Assembly: GCF_016432865.1 (NCBI RefSeq)
Contig: NC_067399.1
Span: 93,930,001-93,994,000 of the forward strand
DNA from: Antechinus flavipes
Lineage: Eukaryota
Direction of reading: 5' to 3'
Length of the DNA: 64,000 bases
The notes under the pieces are model-generated. The model saw only the letters and a list, made by a program, of their open reading frames with translations, searched no databases and had not been told where the DNA came from. The translations under genes were made by a program, and so were the position numbers. Every line of letters starts with the position of its first letter. The stretch's first letter is position 1. Below are positions 53,198 to 64,000 of the stretch, in pieces.

Positions 53198-53315
53198 CTT
53201 TCAACAACAAAAACACTACTTTAGAAAATTATAGTTTTTAAGAACAAATAAATTCCTCTGCTTCTAAATAATGTGAAAAAATTATTTTTTTTTCCTAAGA
53301 GAAACTCCTTTCCTA

Positions 53316-53579
<264 letters not shown>

Positions 53580-53604
53580 TCATATATACATTAAATTGTT
53601 TGTA

Positions 53605-53606
53605 AC

Positions 53607-53660
<54 letters not shown>
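53605..53660. repeat. (ACAT)n(AT)n microsatellite
   Basis: Directly visible; lies about 120 nt upstream of the FBXO11 exon-2 acceptor. Confidence 0.95.
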
Positions 53661-53664
<4 letters not shown>

Positions 53665-54179
53665 AAATATATTTAGTAAGTTAGAAGAGTCAATGAGGGA
53701 TCCAAATTGTTTTTTAATAGAATTTTTATCTAACAGAAAGAAGTAGACTCATTATGAGGCAAGAAAATTGGGGGTTTTGTTTTTCATTTCTTACACTGGA
53801 CATTTAAAACTCTTTGGTCCTTAGCTGCCTCATTCATAAATGAAGGATGGGATTTAGAGCCAGAAGTGAATCATTATCTTACAGATAAAGAAACCAGGAT
53901 CCAGAAAGATAACTGTACCAGGTCAAGTCAGATATGAAGTGACAGAGACAAAATTTTAACTTAAATTTTCTGGTAAGAACCAAGAAAAAAATAAGGTCAT
54001 TACTTCAAAAAGTATGAAAAGCAGTGAGAATTTTACATGCTCATTTTTATGCCACAAACAAGTTACTGTTATTTTGTTCCAAGTGCAGATTAGTCTTCCT
54101 TCTAGCAGAAGGGGTAAAGAGACACAAAGAACTGTCCTAGCAGAATGGGTAAAGAGACTCAAAGAACGGTCCATTTTTT

Positions 54180-54365
54180 CAGTCAAGGCTTCTTAAACTT
54201 TTTCTACTTGTAACCCCTTTTTGTCTGAAAAAATTTTATGTGTCTCCAGGTATACAGATATATAATAGATGATAAAATATAATTTCTTGATCCCCACATT
54301 CAGTTACAAGACCCCACATGGGGTCTTTATTTAAACTGCAAACTATAGTTTAAGCAGCTAACCTC
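54180..54365. mobile_element. Non-autonomous hAT element (MITE)
   Basis: Imperfect terminal inverted repeats ggcttcttaaact ... agtttaagcagct. Confidence 0.5.
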
Positions 54366-56179
54366 TCTAGGAATGAAGAATGAAGTATTTTTTAAAAAAC
54401 AAAACAAAACAGGAAGGATTAGTGTGAAAACCAAAAAGGTGAATGTTGGAATTCTTCCCTATATCATAAAGGTAGATGAAGGAGACACTAATTATGGGGG
54501 AGACTATAAACACTTGGATATTAGTAATAGATTTGAGGCTCTTCCTAAGAGAACAGAGCTGGATCTTGTAAGGAGAAAGTAACTGCCATTAGCATTATGT
54601 AAGCAAGGATCAGTGGAAGAGAAAAATAGCTACTAAGAGTTTGTGATTTAAGTGAATAGATAGCTATTTGCTAGTCTTATCACAGAAGGTTTTCTAACTT
54701 GAGGGGAGATGTATCCAGAATATGATAGAAAACTTTTCAAACAGATTTATGGGGGAGTGTAGATGTCTACTTACTTCACTTATAGTGACATACACGAGCA
54801 TAGATCATACTGTCAAAAGGAATTTGAAAAATAATTCTCAAGATGACAAAAGTTTTAGACAAGAAACTGAAAACTTCAGGAGTACAAGTAGTGTTTTAAC
54901 TACTGCTAATCACCAGAGTAAAAGGCCTCAGTAAAGAAAGAGAGAATTCACAAATAAATATCTTACTAAAAAGATAATGTCTAGAATCAGATTCTATTAG
55001 AATACAGTCCAGATTTTGGACTATAGCTTAAAACACAAAAGTCAAAGTGGGGAATAGAATGTATGTTAACAGGGGTTAATAAGAATTTATTTTTTTTAAA
55101 GCCAGAAGTGAATCATTTTTACATGGGTTTTACAAAATCCATGACCACAGATGTTTAGTCACAATGTACATAATATAGATAAAATGCAAGGTGAACTAAA
55201 AAGCATAACACAAGGAAGGAAACACAAGAAGTATCTCTGAGACTTGGAATGGGGCAATCAGTTAATAAGTGCTTATTAACTAACTTCTATGTGCCAGGTA
55301 CTATACTGGCAAAGAAGATACAAAACCAAAAATAACCTTCAGGAACTCACATTCTATTAAGGGAGACCTACATAAATAAGTATAAACAATATACATAAAA
55401 CAAATGCAAGAAAACTGGAGAAAGGGGCACTTTTTTGGGTACAGGGAGCAAGGAGGGACTGTACTCTAGATATAGGGGATAGCTGTGCAAAGATACAGAG
55501 ATAGAAGATGTAATGCCTGTATGTAAACCTGGCAAGGCAGGCTATTATTATAAATATGCTGTATTAACATAACTTGTTTATATCATTAACTATATTTCTC
55601 TTCTCTTTCTTATTCAGTGAATCACTCCATATAACAGAATTTTTAAAAAGGGAAGAAAAAGCAGTTCAGCAAAATAATCACATTTGATAATATATTCAGT
55701 ATTTCCCAAATACACAGCTTTTCACTTCTGCAAAGGGAAGAGAGTTCATTTTCTCAATTCCTTTAAGAATATCTATTATGGTAATTTGGCAATTTGGCAA
55801 TTTGGAACCATTACTAGAATTTCTGGAGTAACAAGTAAAATTCTACAAGTGAAACCAGGCCAGAGGTAATGGGTAACCTTTTAAAGAATAAACAAATAAA
55901 GAAAAATACTTCCCACTGAGAAGAAGGGTAGTTATCTACAGAGTTTTTATTACTAAAAAGCATAATAGGGTCTTATAGAATAGGGTCAAGAATGTCAAGT
56001 TGACAAGTAATGCTAACAACAAAAAAGGGGAAAATATAATCAAAGATGAGATAGTACTGCTAACTCTATTGGAGATGAGATGAGGATAAAAGAGAGAAGA
56101 CAAGACTGTTCTTATTTTGCTTCTGTTTTCTGTATCAAAAAATTTCTACTGTAAAAGATTAAAAAAATAATAGGAAAAG

Positions 56180-57340
56180 ACGGATGACTGGAGGTTAAGT
56201 CCTTTTTACTTAGAGACGAGAGATGGATTGTCTTTTTCCTGGAACAGACAGAAGACTAGTAGTTCCTAAATCAAGAATATGTGGCAAGGAGTCAGGAATA
56301 TGAAAACCAGAAAGGGAGGAGGGGGCTAGATTATTTAGTGCTTTGAATGCTAAAAGATTATTTATTTGATTCTGAAAGCAATAGGGAACCATCAGAATTT
56401 ACTAGATAGAAGAGTGACATGTTCTATCTTCACTTTAGGAAAATCACATTGGTGGACGAATGGAAGGATAAACTGGCATGGGGAAATCCCTGAGGCAGGC
56501 AGACCCATCAGCAGGCTACTGCAATAATCTAGTTGTGAAATAAAGGGCCTGGCACTGGAGTAGTGGCGATGTCAGAGGAGAAAGGAGTGCATATTCGAGA
56601 GAGGTTATTACAAAGGTGAAATGACAGGCCTTGGCCACAGATTAGACATGGCAAGTGGTGGTGAGATTGTGAGGAATCCAGGATAACTTCTAGGTTGTGA
56701 GCCTAGGAGACTGGGAGAATGTTATTGCTTTCTTCAGAAATGAGGAAGTTAAGAGGGATAGAGAGTTTGGGGAGAAAAGACTAGTTCTGTGTTGGATATA
56801 TTTAGTTTAATAGGTTTACTAAAGGGATATCCAATGTGAGATGTCTGAGAGACTATTGGAGATGCAAGACAAGCTCAATAGAGAAGCTGGACCAATGGGA
56901 GCTAATGAGATTATCAAATGAAGTAGTATTGAGAGAAAAGAGAAGAGGACCCAGGACAGACACCTCCTGAAAGACACCTACAATTTGAGCGTATGATCTG
57001 GATGAAGATCCAGCAAAGGAGATAGAGAAGGAGGGGTCAGATAGATAGGAGGAAAGCCAGGAGATAAAAGTATCTTGAAAATCTAGAGGGAAGAGAAACT
57101 GAGAAAGAATGATCAACAGTGTCAAAAGCTGCAGAGAAATCAAGAATAATTAGGATTGAGAAAAGACTATTAAATTTGGCCTAATTACATTGATAATATT
57201 GGAGAAAGCCATTTCAATGAAATGGTTAAATTTGTTAGCCAGATTGTTAGAGGTTAAGAAGAAGGCGAGGGGAAAGAAAAGTAGAGGCATTTATTGTAGG
57301 GCTTTTTTCAACTAAAAAGATGAGGAGTGGTTGCACAGGA
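56180..57340 (-). mobile_element. L2 LINE fragment including RT sequence
   Basis: Antisense ORF 56853-57143 has WLSSYLSD and GVFQEVSVLGPLLFSL, a degenerate L2/CR1 GVPQGSVLGPLLF motif. Confidence 0.8.
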
Positions 57341-59284
57341 GGTTTGAAGAAGTTTTGAAAGAGCTGATGAAGAGTGTTGATAGTGAATTAATAAGGCAGA
57401 TATGGAAGGAATGCCTAGTAGCAAAAGTGATGACTAATAGACAAATATCAAATAAATTTGGTAACAAATGTTAAATTTAGAAGAATATTAACATTTGAAG
57501 TTTAAGAATTAATATTTCACTTATGATATCATTGATATGGGGAATCCTTGGATGAGGAAATTTCCTCAAAAGAAGCTGCAGTGAAGGTCAGAAACTTCTC
57601 TTTATGGAGTCTTTAGAAAGTTACCTACAGTACTTCAGTTAATTGCCTATGGTCACACAACCACCGTGTTAATAGGGCTTGAACACTGTTCATTAGGCCA
57701 CAATACTCAGCATTCAAAATGTGTGATAAAAATCAACATCCTAAGCATTAAAGGATTTGAAATTTTTTTTAATACTATCCTAAAGTTCTTACGTCGATGT
57801 TCAAGTCTTGCTAGATGCTCACTCTCCTACTCAACATTTCTATTCCCTGCTGCTAAAGATAAATTCATAAAATCCTGCCAGCAAGCTTCACTACACAGTC
57901 ATACATTTTCTTTTCTTTTTGGGATACAAATTCATATTTTCTAATCTCCCTGGGCCACCACTAATTCATAACAATTGTTGTATTTTTTTTCAGATTGATT
58001 CTCTAAGAGATAGGTATTATTTCCTTTTTACAAATGAGAAATTTAAGTTTACATGACAACTCCACATGCATGTCCTACATTCAACATGTTCAGAATAGAA
58101 TACTTCCTCCTCTGTCCCCAAACCCAACCTTTGTCAAGATTTCTGAAGGTCCTATCTTTTCAGTCATGTATGCTTATAACCTCAGAAAGATACTTTATTG
58201 TTTTCTCTCCTTTTCCACCAATGAGTAGTTGCTTTTAATTAAAGTCCACCTCTATTCTGTTATTTATGAGGCCAAGCTCCCATTACTTTCAGCCTGTACT
58301 GGTGTTACCTAATTTACTAAGTAAGTGGTCTTTCCCCTTTCCCATCTAGCTTTTATCTGTCAAAATAAAATTTCTAAGGCATAGATTGGGATTAGTTCAC
58401 GCCCCTAAATCAGAAGTCATCAGGGATTTTCCTATTGTCTAAAGAAATTCCTCAGACTGGAATCTAACATAGTCCACATGTGTATATAACATCTCTCTCT
58501 CTCTCTCTTTCTAGACTTATTTCACATTACCCTACTTCACACTCATCATTCTGATAAAACTGCACAGCTATATAAGTTTCCTGAAACTGGGACTTGATCT
58601 CACATCATTATTCCTTCATATAAGTTTTCACCATGCCACAAATGTGCTTTTTTTCTTGCCTCCATTCTTTAACCTTTTTATCTTCATTCAAGTTCAAATG
58701 GCCCCTCAGACACAAAGGCTTTGCATTCTACTTCCTTTACACACTATCTTTTACTGCCCCCTTTCTCATCAAATGATCAACATATAACTTCTACATGTGG
58801 CATTCCAACCTAAGTAAAACATTTATCTATGAAGAGGTTTTTATCTCCCCTTTGCTCCTTAAGAGCAAGGATTGCTTTTTCCCATAGGAGAAAAAAACAT
58901 TTAGCTCACAATAGGGGTGTTTAATGATTTCTTTTTTTTTTTTTTTTTAAACTTGTGGTTGAAAATCAGTTATCTCAAAAACCCATGTATATAAAATACT
59001 TCACTCTTTGACAACACTAGATGCTACTGTATACTACTTCATTAGATACATAAGAAAACAGGGCGATTAAAAGTCTTTTTTTAAAAAACTGAACTGTGAT
59101 TTCATTAACAGAGAGATTCTCTCATGATTGAACTCTTACTATCAAGGCAGTCTGGCACTTTCTCTGAAATTTATAGTTTTAGAGAATTGTCTGATGCATT
59201 GAGAGGTTAAAATCAGCATCTGTGAGGAGCAGGATTTGAACTCAGGTATTTCTTATTATCAATTCTACTCTTTATTATAATCTT

Positions 59285-59570
59285 CTGTAATCTGAAATGA
59301 TATAATCAAAATCATGCTTAAAGAATAGTTCATACACAATTCCAAAAGACTCAAGATGAAAAATGCTATTCACTTCTAGAGAAAGAACTGATAGGGTCTG
59401 AATGCAGATTGAAGCACACTTTTTTCCGTGTGTGTGTGGGTGTGTGTGTGTTTACTCTCCTTTTGGATTTTTATCTTCTTTCATAACACAACTAATATGG
59501 TAATATGTTTTGCATGACTGAACACTTATATTCTATATCACATCTTAGAGAGGGGAAAATGAAGGAAGGG
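59285..59570 (+). mobile_element. Old L1 3' end
   Basis: gatgaaaaatgctattcacttctagagaaagaactgat...gaatgcagattgaagca matches the older marsupial L1 tail type. Confidence 0.6.
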
Positions 59571-59899
59571 ATCTACCAGTTATGAACTGAAGAATGATGG
59601 TGGCTATGAATTTGAGAATCCAGATAGGAGGTCATGAGCAGTGATTTGCAAACATCTGAGAGACAGATCCATTTGAATTTTGATTTTGATTTGAAAACCT
59701 CCCAATAGACAAAGCAGCCTTTCCATTATAGATACCTGGCTAATTATAGTATAAATGACTTTGAATTATGCATGAGACTACTTGGGTTTGGAGTCCAGGA
59801 TCTACCACTTATAATCTGTGTAAAATATCCTGCTAAATCCCAGTCCTGAATTATTATCTTACATCTTATTCTCAAACTGCTGATAGGAGAAAAATCACA

Positions 59900-60730
59900 A
59901 AACTGCTGAGTCTACTATAAATTTATGTTGCATACTCTCAATCAAACACTCTCTATTGCAAGATAATCCTTCTATATTTCCCTAATCAATCTCAATCTCA
60001 CTATCTTCTTAGTATCTCTCATATATGTGGCTTTCTCTCTTCAGATATTGGCACCATCCTGATACATACATACCTTCCTATTCTCAAGCTTGTACTACTT
60101 CAACAGTTTTCCCATTAGTTTCTCTGATTCTAATTTCTCCCCTCTCTATTCCATGTCCTTAAGTGCAGGTCTGACAATGTCAACTTCTACTCGACTCTAG
60201 TGGGTTGTCATCATCTCTAAGATCAAATATAAAATTCTGTGTTTAGATTTTAAAGCCCTTCATAATCTGGATCATTTCTACTTTCCAATGTTTTATATCT
60301 TATTCACCCACTCTTTCCATATAATCTACAATCTAGTGATACTGGCCTTTTTGTTGTCTATTGCACAGGGCACTCCATCTTCAAATTTTTAAAAAAATTC
60401 TCCCTATTACTCCCCCATCCCTAGAATTTGATCCCCCTTCTGATTTCTACCTTATGGCTTCCTTTAAGTATCAAAGAAAATATTTATCTGCCTTTCTCAG
60501 TCATCACACTTTTGATATCCTCCTTCTGATATCAACTCTAATTTACCTATCTGTATCTTGTTTGTACATAGTACATAGTTTGTACATAGACAACTGTAGG
60601 TTTGTCCTTAGGTTTGTGAGCTCCCTGAAAGCAGGGATTGTTTTTTGCTTTTCTTTTTATTCCCAGAATTTAGCATAGTAGCTAGGTATCTAGCAGGTCA
60701 GATAATAGGCACTAAATAAATGGTTATTGA
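59900..60730 (+). mobile_element. L2 fragments ending in the L2 3' terminus
   Basis: ttttaaagcccttcataatctgg...gtgagctccctgaaagcaggga...cactaaataaatggttattga. Confidence 0.65.
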
Positions 60731-61298
60731 CTAATCTATGTGATTTGGGGAGAATCACTACTTTTAAGAGCCTCCATCTCCTTATTTGGACTAGATAACC
60801 TTTAAGCTCAAAATTTATGATTATGTATAAATGATCACTTGCTTATTACACATTTGTTCATTATAAATGACCATTTGGAAGTTATAATATAATAATTTTC
60901 TTCTCCATTGAAACATTATTATAAGTAGTAGTTAGGTTCCCTGTAGTTTAATAAACTCTACTTAATCCAAATATTCCATATCTGAAATTAAAAGACAGAA
61001 ATATTGTTTCAGGTTAAAAAGAAGATTGCTGGGCATTTCTGATTATTTATGTTAGCTTCTTTATTACACTGAGTTTCACTTCAATTCTTAGGCCCTTTTA
61101 AAAAAAGCTATAATCACTAATACTGACATCAACAATAATTAAATTATTTGTTGATTTGAAAGTGGTTTTCCCAATGAAATGAACACAAATTAGAAGTGTA
61201 TTAAAGGGAAAAAATTAGGTGATTAATATGCATACAAAATTACCATGAGGGCTGGGGAAAAAAACAAACTGAACATCAAGTGGTGGTCATCCCCTTTT

Positions 61299-61317
61299 CA
61301 TCCCCTGGTGGGCAGCA
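61299..61317 (-). promoter_or_regulatory. Candidate CTCF-like site
   Basis: Minus strand reads tgctgcCCACCAGGGGatg; matches the CCACCAGGGG core but diverges at the 3' end. Confidence 0.3.
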
Positions 61318-62281
61318 GTGAGGAAAGGGAATGGTTATGAGCAGTGTTCCTTTTTGCACAGAAAAATCTGGTCATTGTCCAAAATGTACAAGCAAGTGAG
61401 AATGGGAAAGCAGCAGCAAACTATCAAATGTACATCTGAAAGATTTACCAATTCAGTATTTATTTCTCTAACATGGTTGATTATTAGTTGACTAACAAGA
61501 TAAAAAAACAATTTCAACATTTTTAAAAGAAAGATTAGAAAAGATTCACTCCCTGACATGGAACAAAATCATGTAATACACTCATCAGGGTTAGAAAAGA
61601 GTGGGTTCTTACTTTGAGATATGAACATGGTATACTGAACTGCACATACTAGTAAATGTGCAAGAAATAAATGTTAGAACAGGAGTTAGGAATTCTCTGC
61701 TCTTATTCTTACTAGCTCTATATATAATGAGCAAATGATTTTACCCATTAGGTAAAGTATTAGACAAGTTGCTTAACTTTCTTTTGCCTCAGTTTCCTCC
61801 TTAAAATAAGGGGACTGAATTTGATGGCCTCAGAAAGTCACTTCTATCTCTAAATCAATGTTCACAATCCTAGATTTTTCTAACACTTATAAAGTACGCA
61901 AGAGGGGGAAGAGAGGGAGAAGTTTTGAAATAGCAAATAAGAGAATAGCTCGTTTTAAATATACCTAACTATTCCTTGCATGTGGATTGTGGATATGTAT
62001 TGAGGGGAATAAAGGTTTCAGAATTTTGTTATCTTTAACTGTGAATTCCTTAAAGGCAGGAAGAATATTTTGCACATAGCTAGAGCATCTTTTTGTCAAG
62101 TATTCAATAAATATTTGTTGATTGTAAGGAAAAGAATGGCAAATGTGAAAAATAGATTAGACATTGAAGGTCTTTTTAAATGTGACAAATGCTCAACTTA
62201 AGGGGTACAGGTAGTTATTTGCATCTTTCTAAAATAATTTTAAGGGGTTTTTACTTCTATCTAAATGTTACATTCCATACA

Positions 62282-62466
62282 TTCCATAAATGTGCTTTTG
62301 AATTCTTTCAGGAGTTATATGCAATTTATAGTTCCTTAGTGTCTCTATGGTCTTTTGTAGACATGCTTCTAACATTTGCTCCTCATATGCACACCTTAAG
62401 ATATCATCCATGTAATGTAGCAACATAACTTTTGGAAATACTTTTCTTACACGAGTAAGAACCAGA
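62282..62466 (-). mobile_element. Isolated endogenous retrovirus pol (RT) fragment, betaretrovirus/ERV2-like
   Basis: Translates VRKVFPKVMLLHYMDDILRCA...HITPERIQK; YMDD catalytic motif and an (A/T)PEKIQ-like motif. Confidence 0.85.
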
Positions 62467-64000
62467 GGAAAAGTCATCAATTCTTTCACCCTCTAAACAC
62501 CTACTTTCACAAAAGTCAAGTCTTCAAATCTTTTCCTTTGTGCCTGGCCCTACCACTAAAAAAATAAAACAAAAACACTTAGTTCATATTAGAGGTATCC
62601 TGGAGTATTTAGAAATTCTATCTCAACAGATGCAAATAGATGAAAGGTAGAAATACAGAGAGCAATTTTGAAAGTTAACAAATGGACGAATATTTCAGGA
62701 GTTTAATGAGAGAATAAAGAAAATGGTAATGTATATTTCAGAAGCTTACAGAGAGAATAAGGAAAATGGTAAGCAAAGGATGCATCTAGTATACCCAAAA
62801 TACTATACAAATTAATCTTATTGGTATTTATTGCTCACTTCAAGAAAGTCTACCCATATACTAACAGGTATCCACTAATAACTAAAGGTGGATAGTAATA
62901 AATAGCAGTTCAAAACCAGCATTTTTCTAAGAACTTGGACTCCACAGAGGATTTAAGCTTCCAATAAAAACAGTCTAAAAGTAAATTCCAACAAAATAAT
63001 CTGAATTATTTAAAGTAGTTTTTCACTTTCAAATTTGATTTTAGGAGACCAATATCTATCATAACATAAACTAAAAGACTTGCAGAGAGAATCACAGCAG
63101 AATAAAACCAACTAGTACCTGCCTACTCACAAAAAAATGATCACTATCAGAAAGAACTAAAACTCATATTGGACTTCTAGTTGTAGATATTTCCATTAAA
63201 GTTTTCTTTAGTATTCTGAAATCATAGAAAATTTCATTTTATTTTTAAATATCTTTAAAGAAAACATTATGCACATGTTTTCAACTTTTCACATTTAATT
63301 TATCAGTTGAAAACTGAACTACTTGCAGATCTTTATCATGACACCAAGAAAAGGATTATGGACATCCTGTTTGGCATTAAAAAGCACCATAGATAAAAAA
63401 CATATAGTTACCATATTCTATTAATTTGTAATACAATTTAGGATATTTTAAAACTTGCCTGAAACAAAAACAACAATACTCATGCTATTAATGAGTATGC
63501 ACGTGTTAGATTAATTTTTCTACACAAAGTACAAACATCTCGTGCCACTTACCAACCTGCCACCTCGGTCAGACAAAAAAAAAATCTGTGCTAGTAACAA
63601 CTGTGTTTGAAAACAGTTCCTAGTCTCATGGCAGAGATACATGCCTGACAACTGTTTCTAACACAGCTGTGACTACCTTTGCTTTTCTCTAATTATGGAA
63701 AAGTTTTATAAAACAATAGGTAGCAAGACAGTTTTAATTAATCTCAAAAATAGTAAATCCAAAGATTAATTCACATATAAACTAGTTTTGCAGGGGGCAA
63801 AATTTTTTTTAAAAGTTTTTTTTTTTTTTTAAATTCTGTGTATAAACTAAAAAATGTTTAAAAAATTTTTGTAATAAAGTTTAACTTATACTATTAATGT
63901 ATATACAACAATATTTCTCTCACCATTCTCTTTTCTCCCTGCCAAGAAATATGCTTCACTATCTTCCATTCTTAAATCAAAATTTTCCTTCATTTTACTA

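Overview
Eukaryotic, AT-rich, CpG-depleted genomic DNA from a marsupial. The SINE and LINE types suggest a dasyuromorph such as devil, dunnart or antechinus; this is inferred from repeat resemblance only. The window holds the tail-to-tail MSH6/FBXO11 locus. MSH6 (+) is represented by coding exons 2-10 (8894-20921; 3823 nt, 1273 codons plus stop). FBXO11 (-) is represented by coding exons 2-23 (53488-22150; 2552 nt, 849 codons plus stop). Exon numbers follow the human genes, and both first exons lie outside the window. Every junction was traced by hand: all are GT-AG and keep an open frame. The introns contain five L1 insertions with perfect 14-18 bp target-site duplications (TSDs), a solo LTR with a 6-bp TSD that hosts one of those L1s, an orphan retroviral RT fragment, and older L2, CR1/L3, CORE-SINE and hAT relics. 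The most interesting observations are two mirror-image pairs of poly(A) signals shared by the convergent genes, a candidate 391-nt NMD poison exon in FBXO11 intron 18 plus other cryptic exon candidates, and two N-runs inside the FBXO11 3'UTR. The MSH6 exon-5 C8 instability tract known from human is absent, while exon 4 carries a coding A8. No prokaryotic-type system (CRISPR, operon) is present. I see no firm evidence of a wholly new biological system, and the regulatory candidates are hypotheses.
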